Origin: Armatimonadota bacterium
GTDB taxonomy: Bacteria; Armatimonadota; Fimbriimonadia; Fimbriimonadales; GBS-DC
Direction: 5' to 3'
Assembly: GCA_037444405.1 (NCBI GenBank)
Contig: JBBIML010000007.1
Coordinates: 64,001 to 128,000, forward strand
Length of the DNA stretch: 64,000 bases
Position numbers and translations under genes: made by a program
Notes under the pieces: generated by a model
Told to the model about the DNA's origin: nothing
The model's input: only the letters and a program-made list of their open reading frames with translations
Databases searched by the model: none
Shown here: positions 46,449 to 54,530 of the stretch, in pieces
Numbering within the stretch: position 1 is the stretch's first letter
Layout of the letters: every line of letters begins with the position of its first letter

Positions 46449-48170
46449 TTACCTCCTCTGCCGCAGCCAGCTGCGCAGTCCGGGCAGCGGGCGCGTGTTA
46501 AGGATTCGCTCTGGTGTCAGCCATCCCCGCTGGGCAAGTCCGACCGCCAGTTCCATAAAGCGCAGGTCGCTGACGGTGTGGGCGTCGGTGCCGAGCGCGA
46601 CGGCAGCGCCGCTTTCGTTCAGCAGGCGCACGAGCGGTGTGGGCGGGTCCATGCGGGTGTAGTAGCCATTGACTTCGACGGCTTTGCCCAGCTCGGCGGC
46701 GCGGGCGAAGATGCGCTCCCAATCGGCTTCGTTCGGTTCACGCTTGCCGAAGCGTCGCCCTGTCGGGTGCGCCAGAATATGCACGGCGGGATGCTCCAGT
46801 GCGCGCAGCAGGCGGCGCGTCATCACCTCTGGCGGCTGACCGTGTGTGTGATGCACGCCCGCCACCACGATCTCCGCCTCGCGCAGCAGCTCGTCGGGCG
46901 CGTCGAGGCTGCCATCGGCTTCAATATTGACCTCCAGCCCGTTCAGCAGGTAGGGTTTGCCCCCGAACCGCTCGTTGAGCTGCTCGATCTCGCGCTGGCG
47001 GCGGCGGAACACTTCGCGCAACTCGCCATGCCAGAGCAGCATCTCCACATGGTCGGTCAGTGCGAGGTATTCGTAGCTAAGCGATTGGGCAGCAGTCATC
47101 AGCTGTTCGGTGGAGCTGCGCCCGTCCGACCATGGCGAGTGGGCTTGCAGGTCGCCGCGCACCTGTTCGAGCTGGATGAGCGCGGGCAGTGTGCCCTGCT
47201 CGGCGGCTTCCAGCTCGCCCTGATTCTCGCGCAGGGTGGGCGGTATGTACGGTAGCCCCAGCGCAGCGTACATCTCTTCTTCGGTGAGGCTGGCAACGCG
47301 CTCCACACCGCGCCACACGCCGTACTCGTTCAGTTTCAAGCCCCGCTCGATCGCCCGCTCGCGCAGGCGGATCGAATGCGGTTTGGAACCCGTGATATAG
47401 AGCATGCCCGCGCCCCAGCTGTCAGGCGGCACAATCTTGAGATCCACCTGCAAGCCGTCGCTCAAAAACACCTGGGCGCGATTCTCGCCCCGCGAGAAGA
47501 CCTCCGTCACGCCGGGCATCCGCACGAATGCCTCAATCACGACCTCGTTCTGCTCGCTGGCGACCAGATAGTCTAAATCGCCGATGGTCTCCTGCATACG
47601 GCGCACAGAGCCGCCCAGCAAAGCGTTCTGCACGCCGGGCAGCTGGCGCAGCCATTCCAGCCGTTCGCGCCCCAGCCACAGCACCGACCCCAGCGGACGC
47701 CGCACGCGCGACTTCTTAACTAAATCTAACAGATGCAGCAGGCGCTGGCGTTTCTGCTCGCCGAAGCCGGGCAGTTTCAGCACCTGCTGGCTCTCCAGCG
47801 CGCGCTGCAGGCTGGCTAAATCCTGCACGCCGAGCCGCTCAGTCAGCAGGCGAGCGGTCTTCGGACCGATGCCGGGCACCGCCATCACCTCCAGAATGCC
47901 CGCTGGCACCTGCGACAGCAGCTGCTGATGTTTGGGAATCGCGCCCGTCTCCAGATAGGTGAGGATCTTCTCGGCGATTGCGCTGCCAATGCCCGGAATC
48001 GCCTCCAGCGCTTCGCGCCCCTGCTCGGCGAGGGTCTCGATGGGGGTCTGCATCGTCTCTAACAGGCGGGCTGCCTGACGATAGGCACGCGATTTGAACG
48101 GATTATCGCCCACATAGTCCGATAAGTCCGCCAGCTCCGATAACAGTCGTGCCACCTCGCTGTTCCGCAC
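46449..48170 (-). CDS. polX: DNA polymerase X with PHP domain
   Basis: GSVRR..ETIGDLD, VDL, TGSK.H; PHP motifs QAHS.WSDG, TDH, AHPTGR, GTDAH. Confidence 0.95.
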   Translation of the reverse strand: MRNSEVARLLSELADLSDYVGDNPFKSRAYRQAARLLETMQTPIETLAEQGREALEAIPGIGSAIAEKILTYLETGAIPKHQQLLSQVPAGILEVMAVPGIGPKTARLLTERLGVQDLASLQRALESQQVLKLPGFGEQKRQRLLHLLDLVKKSRVRRPLGSVLWLGRERLEWLRQLPGVQNALLGGSVRRMQETIGDLDYLVASEQNEVVIEAFVRMPGVTEVFSRGENRAQVFLSDGLQVDLKIVPPDSWGAGMLYITGSKPHSIRLRERAIERGLKLNEYGVWRGVERVASLTEEEMYAALGLPYIPPTLRENQGELEAAEQGTLPALIQLEQVRGDLQAHSPWSDGRSSTEQLMTAAQSLSYEYLALTDHVEMLLWHGELREVFRRRQREIEQLNERFGGKPYLLNGLEVNIEADGSLDAPDELLREAEIVVAGVHHTHGQPPEVMTRRLLRALEHPAVHILAHPTGRRFGKREPNEADWERIFARAAELGKAVEVNGYYTRMDPPTPLVRLLNESGAAVALGTDAHTVSDLRFMELAVGLAQRGWLTPERILNTRPLPGLRSWLRQRR

Positions 48171-48223
48171 GCCACGATTCTACCTGATGGCGGGTATACT
48201 GCTTGCGATTGGAGGCAACAGCG

Positions 48224-48814
48224 ATGACGATTAAGGAGCAACTGGACGCGATTGTGGAGCGATGGAACCTGCTCAATCATCCGTTCTATCAGGCGTGGAG
48301 CGCGGGCACCCTGCCAGTGGAGTCGTTGCGCGACTATGCCTGTGAGTACGGCGCGTTCATCTGCGAGCTGCCGGCGGGCTGGCGCGTGCAGAACGATGTC
48401 GACACCGCCCATGAAGAGGAGGAGCATATCGAACTGTGGGCGCAGTTCGCGACGGCGCTGGGCACCACGATTGGCGAGGCGGGGCGACCTGCAGTGCGCC
48501 AGCTGGTGATGACCGCGCGCGAGCTGTTCGCCGAGCCAGCGACCGCGCTCGGCGCGCTCTATGCGTTCGAGGCGCAGCAGCCTGCCACCGCCCGGTCGAA
48601 GCTGGATGGGTTGATCCGCCACTATGACCTGCCCGACGGCGTGCGACCCTACTTCGAGGTGCATGCGGCGAACCATCACGAAGCGGAAAAGATACTGGAG
48701 CGATTAAACCGGCTCAGCCCCGAAGCGCAGGCGCGCGCGCTGACCGCCTGCGAGCAGATGGCGCGTGCCCTCTGGAACGCCCTCACTGACCTGACGCCAC
48801 CCGCGGCGGGTTAA
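48224..48814 (+). CDS. Heme-oxygenase-like diiron protein, CADD/PqqC/TenA family
   Basis: LLNHPFYQAWSAG.L, EE..H..LW, ALYAFEAQ.P, SKL.GL, YFEVH. Confidence 0.82.
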   Translation: MTIKEQLDAIVERWNLLNHPFYQAWSAGTLPVESLRDYACEYGAFICELPAGWRVQNDVDTAHEEEEHIELWAQFATALGTTIGEAGRPAVRQLVMTARELFAEPATALGALYAFEAQQPATARSKLDGLIRHYDLPDGVRPYFEVHAANHHEAEKILERLNRLSPEAQARALTACEQMARALWNALTDLTPPAAG

Positions 48815-48825
48815 GCGAGGTTTGT

Positions 48826-48898
48826 CCCCTCACCCGTACCCTCTCCCCCGCAGTCGGGGGAGAGGGCGGATGAACTCCCTCTCCCCTCTGGGGAGAGG
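48826..48898. repeat. CCCTCTCCC/GGGAGAGGG palindromic repeat pair
   Basis: cccctcacccgtaccctctcccc...ggggagaggg and a second hairpin followed by T-tract (may also terminate). Confidence 0.8.
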
Positions 48899-48983
48899 TT
48901 TTTTTCATTAAGTCCCTGTGCGTTTTACCTGCATCGGGGTTCCCGCGCTATGGAACGACTTGCTCCAGGAGGGAGCGACCAGA

Positions 48984-50729
48984 ATGAGACGCTTTTGGGG
49001 AGTTCTGCTGAGCTGGGCGATCTTCACAACGCTCTGTGCGGACGAAACTGCCGCCACGCGCACGCCGCACGGTATGCTCTGGGCGGGCACAACCTTCACC
49101 CTGCAGGCAGTGGCGACCTACGGCAACATCGCCAGCAACTCCAGCACCGCTCAGGTGCGCGTCGGGCAGGTGTACCACTGGCAGATGCAGATGACCTCGC
49201 CGCGGGGCGCGAGCGTGCCTTCAGGGGACGCCCTTTTTCGATTCCAGCTGACCAATCTGGGCAACGGCTATGACAGCCCTCGTTTCGAAGGCTGGCATCT
49301 GGAACTGACAGAGACGCGCGTGTGGCAGGTGAGCCTGTTTGAGGATCGGAACTCGAACGGCATGCCCGATGGCAGTGAGCAGATCAGCAATCAGGGCAGC
49401 TTGCTGTCGCCTGTGGGTGTGATGGGCTATGTCTTGCGCATGCGTCCGCCTTCTTCCTCAACCCCCACCGATGGCGCGTGGGCAGGCGTGGCGGTTCGCT
49501 CCTTCGCCATAATGGGCGGTTCCCTGATTGCCGACTATGTGGCGGGCGTTCTTCGTGAGCTCTGGTATCAAAGTCGTGGCAGTTGCCTCAGTGGTCAATC
49601 GATGCTGGTTCCAGGGGTCTATGTTGCGGGTCGCGCGTTCTGGATGGGCACCGACAGCAACAACATCACCCGCCTGTTCTACACGCCGAACCGCCTCGAT
49701 CAGGCGGGCGGCACCTTCAGTAGCAACCGTGCCACCTATGGGCGTGCGCTCAACTTCGTGCCCGATGGCTGGAGCGTGGCGGTGGACAACGGCTGGTTCG
49801 TGGGCACGAGCGATGGGCGACTGTTACGGATTGACCTGACCCGCATCCTGAACAACGACACCAGCGCCGACCCGTATCAGCAGGTGAACTTGCCCAACGG
49901 GGTTCAGGCGCGTCGCGATTTACAGCCGATCATGTATCGCTCGCGACTGTATCTGGTCGGCAGCGATAACCGGGTGCATGTTATCTCTTCGGCGGGCACA
50001 TGGCTTTCACAGAGCGCGCGACCGAGCAGCGCGGTCGGCACTATTTCGTGCCCACCGCTGCTGACTAGTCGCGCGATTGTGGTGGGCACCTCGCAGGGCT
50101 ATGTGGTGGCGTTCGATCTGGTTACGGGCGGGATTCGACTGGCGCGTCAGGTGGCGACGGAGCCGATTAAAAGCCTCGCGGTAACCGCCGATGAGCGGCT
50201 GTTGCTGGCACAGATTGGCTCCGCGCGCATCGTGGCGCTCACCGCGCTGCAGGGCACCACCTACTGGACGGTCAGCCTGCCCGATGTGGTGGTCTCCCCG
50301 CTGGCGTACGAGCCGGACACGGATCTGGTGCTGGTGCTGACCCGTTCGGGCTGGCTCTATGCGTTCAGCGGTTCAACCGGCATGCTCGCATCCTATTATC
50401 CGCAACAGGTTTTCAGCGGTCAGCCGCTGGAGCGAGCCACGATAGCCACACTGCGTCGCACCGATCGCAAATCGCCCTATGCCTATGTGCTGGCACAGCA
50501 ACGAATCAGCGGCAGCAGCGCCACGCAACCCCGCATGGCGATGGTCACAGTGAGGAACCCCTATAACCGCTATGAGGCACCTGAATCGGCGCTGGGTTCA
50601 CAGGCGGACTACCTGCCCGCTATCCGCTTCACCGGCGACGCCATCGGGAGCTTCTGCCTGGTGTTCCAGAAGCAGGCGTACACGGGCACAACGACTCAGG
50701 GGCTTGTCGTTGCGTTCCCTGTGCTGTAG
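48984..50729 (+). CDS. Secreted protein with Ig-like N-domain and PQQ-like beta-propeller
   Basis: Signal peptide; TNLGNGYD, DRNSNG Ca-type loop; VAFDLVTG, YAFSGSTG blades. Confidence 0.75.
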   Translation: MRRFWGVLLSWAIFTTLCADETAATRTPHGMLWAGTTFTLQAVATYGNIASNSSTAQVRVGQVYHWQMQMTSPRGASVPSGDALFRFQLTNLGNGYDSPRFEGWHLELTETRVWQVSLFEDRNSNGMPDGSEQISNQGSLLSPVGVMGYVLRMRPPSSSTPTDGAWAGVAVRSFAIMGGSLIADYVAGVLRELWYQSRGSCLSGQSMLVPGVYVAGRAFWMGTDSNNITRLFYTPNRLDQAGGTFSSNRATYGRALNFVPDGWSVAVDNGWFVGTSDGRLLRIDLTRILNNDTSADPYQQVNLPNGVQARRDLQPIMYRSRLYLVGSDNRVHVISSAGTWLSQSARPSSAVGTISCPPLLTSRAIVVGTSQGYVVAFDLVTGGIRLARQVATEPIKSLAVTADERLLLAQIGSARIVALTALQGTTYWTVSLPDVVVSPLAYEPDTDLVLVLTRSGWLYAFSGSTGMLASYYPQQVFSGQPLERATIATLRRTDRKSPYAYVLAQQRISGSSATQPRMAMVTVRNPYNRYEAPESALGSQADYLPAIRFTGDAIGSFCLVFQKQAYTGTTTQGLVVAFPVL

Positions 50730-50743
50730 GCGTGATCAGCAAA

Positions 50744-50789
50744 GGTCGGGCATGTCGGGGTGGGTTCGACAGGGCGACATGTCCGACCT
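50744..50789. repeat. Hairpin between convergent genes
   Basis: ggtcgggcatgtcg...cgacatgtccgacc. Confidence 0.6.
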
Positions 50790-51691
50790 TACCGCCGCCA
50801 GGTGAAGCTGGTGCTGTTGCGTGGCTGGGCGGTGGCGACGGGCGCGCTCTGCGCCAGCTTCGTCAGATAGCCTTTCAGATCTTCCAGGCGGCGCACCTCG
50901 ACAATCGCGAGGTACTGCACGCCCTGATTGAAGCGCACGCCGCTGACCCGATTGCGCCGACACAGCTTGGAGAGCTTGCCCGCGATAATCCAGTCGGCGG
51001 AGTCGTTGGTCAGCTCATCGGTGAGCATCGGTCCAATCCGCCGAATCCATGTGTCGACGGGCTGCAGGTAGTGGTAGTCGGCAGGGTCAACGCGCGTCTC
51101 CAGCTCGTAGAGCGCGACCATATCACGCAGCAGCAGCGAGCCGACCTTGGGTCCCATCCCGCGGATGTCGGTAATCTTCTGGTAGATGGGTTCGACGCGC
51201 CCGCTGCGCACAATCGCCTGATGGATGTGCGTCCAGATGTTGCCGATCTCGTCTTCCTGATAGATCTGGGTGGCGAACTCTGCCAGCCCTTCAATCAGCC
51301 CGCGATTGAGCTGCTCGTTGATTTTGCGCTGGTTCTCCTGGCAGATTTGCACGAACGCTTCCCACAGTTGCTGGGGCGCGGTGCCCGAAGCGAGCAGCGC
51401 GCTGAAGTTCTCTTTCTTGCCCTTCAGGGCGCGCTCCAGAGCGGAGAGGGCGAACGCGGAGTATTCGGCGCGGTCGTTGCCCCGCTTCGCGAAGGCGTAA
51501 TAGCCCAGCATCGCACGGAAGGCATAGTACGGGTCTGCCAGCGCCTCGCGCACCTCCTGCGGGCTGTTGCCATGAACGCGCATCGTGCGCGCCAGCTGCG
51601 GATACAGCACCTCCTTCTGGAAGCGCTCCGCCTTCTCGCCTGCCAGCCGGTTCAGAATCGCATTCACCTCGTACGGTGTGAAAGTGACCAT
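50789..51691 (-). CDS. Hypothetical protein with helix-hairpin-helix / HhH-GPD-like C-terminal region
   Basis: IRGMGPKVGSLLLRD hairpin then QPVDTWIRRI; strong SD GAGGAGG. Confidence 0.65.
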   Translation of the reverse strand: MVTFTPYEVNAILNRLAGEKAERFQKEVLYPQLARTMRVHGNSPQEVREALADPYYAFRAMLGYYAFAKRGNDRAEYSAFALSALERALKGKKENFSALLASGTAPQQLWEAFVQICQENQRKINEQLNRGLIEGLAEFATQIYQEDEIGNIWTHIHQAIVRSGRVEPIYQKITDIRGMGPKVGSLLLRDMVALYELETRVDPADYHYLQPVDTWIRRIGPMLTDELTNDSADWIIAGKLSKLCRRNRVSGVRFNQGVQYLAIVEVRRLEDLKGYLTKLAQSAPVATAQPRNSTSFTWRR

Positions 51692-51719
51692 CGTTTTATA
51701 AACCTCCTCGCACGGTCAT

Positions 51720-51811
51720 GCCCGCTACAGGGAGCATCGAAACGGCGCTTCGCTGCATATTTAGACGGCATCCGGCTCTACGAAGTTGCTTTCGAAGTCC
51801 CTCGCGCGGGC
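51720..51811 (-). promoter_or_regulatory. Rod-shaped structured leader RNA (candidate)
   Basis: Seven nested complementary blocks totalling 31 bp, downstream of TATAAT 51823-51828. Confidence 0.5.
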
Positions 51812-51823
51812 TTCCATACTTAA

Positions 51824-52975
51824 TTATACGGAATCGCGCTCGAAAAATTCACCCGTCGCGTTGAGGAGCAGGCGGGGCGGTCGCTCGCCTAATCGGGCGA
51901 CGATTTCGTGCGGGGTGGTCTGCAGAATCTGCGCCAGTTCCTCCACGCGGATGCGTTCGTTGCCGTCGGCGCCAATCAGGGTCGCCACTTCGCCCGGTTG
52001 CACTTCGGGCAGCTCCGAGACATCGATCATCATCATGTCCATGCAGATGCGACCGATCTGAGGTACACGCCGTCCGTGCAGGATGACCTCGCTCCGCCCG
52101 CTGAGCGCGATGGGGTAGCCGTCGGCATAGCCGACGCCGAGCGTGGCGACGCGCGTGGGGCGCTGGGCGCGGAACCGCCAGCCGTAGCTCACGCCCTGCC
52201 CCGCGGGTATCGTGCGTACCGACAGCACACGCGCCCGCCAGCCCAGCACCGGCTCCAGCCCCAGCTCGGGCGGCGCGCTGATGAGCGGCATGATGCCGTA
52301 CAGCAACAGCCCGCATCGCACCGCATGCAGGCGACTTTCGGGCAGGGTTAATAGTCCCGCGCTGGCAGCTGCATGCAGGGGCACATCGGGAAAGCCCGCC
52401 TGCCGCAGACCCTCCACTGCCGTCAGAAACTGTTGCAGCTGCCCGCGTGTGGCGTCCTCGTCCCGATCGGCGCAGGCGAAGTGGGTGAAGACGCTCCGCC
52501 AGCGGATGGGATGCTCCACCTGCCAGCGTTGCAGCAGCGCGGGCAGTTCCCCTGGTTGCCAGCCCAGTCGGCTCAATCCCGTGTCGATCTCCAGATGGGC
52601 GTCGATGGGCGCGCCGGCGCGCTCCGCCTGCATCAGCGCCTGCTGATAGCCTCCTTCGCCCTCCACCACCACCTCCAGCCGATAATGCTGGGCGGCTGAC
52701 CACTCCTCGCCGCTGATGGGCGGGCAGAGCGCCATAATCGGTGCGGTGATGCCCGCCTCTCTCAGCTCGACGCCTTCAGCGATGGTGGCAACAATCATGC
52801 GCGCGATGCCCGCCTGCTGAAGGGCACGCGCAATCGGCACGGCGCCGTGCCCGTAGGCGTTGGTTTTCACCACTGCCCACAGCGCACACCGCTCGCCTAT
52901 CAGCGTCTGAACGCGCCGCGCGTTCCGTCGCAGGGCGTTCAGGTCAATCTCGAACCAGTTCGTTGCGTTTATCAT
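51824..52975 (-). CDS. alr: Alanine racemase
   Basis: AVVKTNAYGHG, DTGLSRLG, THFA, VSYG, GYADG, GRICMD. Confidence 0.96.
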   Translation of the reverse strand: MINATNWFEIDLNALRRNARRVQTLIGERCALWAVVKTNAYGHGAVPIARALQQAGIARMIVATIAEGVELREAGITAPIMALCPPISGEEWSAAQHYRLEVVVEGEGGYQQALMQAERAGAPIDAHLEIDTGLSRLGWQPGELPALLQRWQVEHPIRWRSVFTHFACADRDEDATRGQLQQFLTAVEGLRQAGFPDVPLHAAASAGLLTLPESRLHAVRCGLLLYGIMPLISAPPELGLEPVLGWRARVLSVRTIPAGQGVSYGWRFRAQRPTRVATLGVGYADGYPIALSGRSEVILHGRRVPQIGRICMDMMMIDVSELPEVQPGEVATLIGADGNERIRVEELAQILQTTPHEIVARLGERPPRLLLNATGEFFERDSV

Positions 52976-52985
52976 TTTTCTCTCC

Positions 52986-54530
52986 TCACCCGCCGAGCCG
53001 CCAGCGACCAAGCTGCTCCCACACATTGATGACGCGCCGGTCCTGATCGGGTGTTCCACCCAGCCTGCTGGGGGTTGCGACGCGGCTGCGGGGCAGGGCA
53101 GCAAGCGTCGCCAGCCCGACCAGCACCACGTCGGGCACATCGGCAGGTGGGGTCAGCAGTTCGGTGTGCTGGCGCAAAAAGCCCGTGTGCAGTTCGCCCG
53201 CCTGAAACGCGGGATGGCGTAATATCTCGATAAGCAGTTCCAGGTTCGTGCGCACGCCCAGCACGAGAGCCTGCTGGAGCGCGTTCAGCAATCGTTGCCG
53301 TGCCTGCTCCCGATCGGCGCCCCACGCGATAATCTTCGCCAGCATCGGGTCATAGTGGTGCGTGATGACGCTGCCGCGCTCCACGCCCGAATCGATGCGC
53401 ACGCCGGGCAGGTTCGGCATCTGCCACACGCTCAGCGTGCCCAGCGAGGGCGCAAACTCGTTCGCGGGGTCTTCCGCATAGAGGCGCGCCTCGATCGCGT
53501 GCCCGCGCCCTTCAATATCGCCCTGATTGAACGGCAGCCGCTCGCCCATCGCTATCCGCAACTGCCAGTGAACCAGGTCCAGCCCCGTCACCATCTCCGT
53601 GACGGGATGCTCCACCTGCAGGCGCGTGTTGACCTCCAGAAAGTAGAATCGGGCGCCGTCGGGCGTCTCTTCAAAGAGAAACTCGACCGTGCCCGCGTTC
53701 ACATAGCCCACTGCCTGCGCGATTCGCACGGCGGCGTCGGTGATGGCGGCGCGCGTGGCTGGATCGAGGGCGGGCGACGGGCTTTCCTCGATAATTTTTT
53801 GATAGCGGCGCTGGATGGAGCATTCGCGTTCGAACAGGTGCAACACCTTGCCGTGTTGGTCCGCCAGAATCTGCACTTCGATGTGGCGCGGGCGCGGGAG
53901 GTAGCGTTCGAGCATCAGGCGCGGGTCGCCGAACGCGCCCTGCGCTTCGCGTGCCGCGCTTTCCGCCGCGAGCAAAAACTCCGATTCGTCGTTCACAATG
54001 CGCATGCCCTTGCCGCCGCCGCCTGCAACCGCTTTCAGCAGCAGCGGGAAGCCGACCGCGCGCGCATGGGTCAGCAGCGCTTCAGGCGTGAGCGGCGCTT
54101 GCGGGATGAAGCCCGGCACCAGCGGTACGCCTGCGCGCTCCGCCAATCGCTTCGCCTCGCCCTTGTCGCCCAGCAGGCGAATGACCGACGCGGGCGGTCC
54201 GATAAAGGTAATCCCTGCCTGCTCGCACGCCTGCGCAAAATCGGGGTTCTCCGACAGGAAGCCGTAGCCGGGATGAATGGCGTCCGCGCCCGCCTGCTGC
54301 GCAATCGTCAGAATCTTATCGATGGCGAGGTAGCTTTCGCTAACAGGCGCGTCGCCCAGCAGGTACGCTTCATCCGCTTCCTGCACGAACGGCGCGAACC
54401 GGTCTGCTTCTGAATAGACGGCGACGGTGCGCAGCCCCAGTTCACGGCAGGCGGTGATCACCCGTCGGGCAATCTCGCCCCGATTGGCGATCAACACCTT
54501 GCGGAAGGCTTTTTTAGCGGAACGGGTCAT
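52986..54530 (-). CDS. Biotin carboxylase subunit (acyl-CoA carboxylase alpha-type, no biotinyl domain)
   Basis: LIANRGEIA, HPGYGFLSEN, GGGGKGM, ECSIQRR, RLQVEHPVTE, YDPM. Confidence 0.93.
   Translation of the reverse strand: MTRSAKKAFRKVLIANRGEIARRVITACRELGLRTVAVYSEADRFAPFVQEADEAYLLGDAPVSESYLAIDKILTIAQQAGADAIHPGYGFLSENPDFAQACEQAGITFIGPPASVIRLLGDKGEAKRLAERAGVPLVPGFIPQAPLTPEALLTHARAVGFPLLLKAVAGGGGKGMRIVNDESEFLLAAESAAREAQGAFGDPRLMLERYLPRPRHIEVQILADQHGKVLHLFERECSIQRRYQKIIEESPSPALDPATRAAITDAAVRIAQAVGYVNAGTVEFLFEETPDGARFYFLEVNTRLQVEHPVTEMVTGLDLVHWQLRIAMGERLPFNQGDIEGRGHAIEARLYAEDPANEFAPSLGTLSVWQMPNLPGVRIDSGVERGSVITHHYDPMLAKIIAWGADREQARQRLLNALQQALVLGVRTNLELLIEILRHPAFQAGELHTGFLRQHTELLTPPADVPDVVLVGLATLAALPRSRVATPSRLGGTPDQDRRVINVWEQLGRWRLGG

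Noticed and set aside
46449..48170. PolX PHP motif QAH as an inactivating change
   Set aside because: A Gln at this position also occurs in Thermus-type PolX; polymerase aspartates are intact
51720..51811. Hairpin as SRP RNA, 6S RNA or a terminator
   Set aside because: No SRP GGAA-loop domain IV motif, too short and no central bubble for 6S, no U-tract; kept as an unknown leader instead
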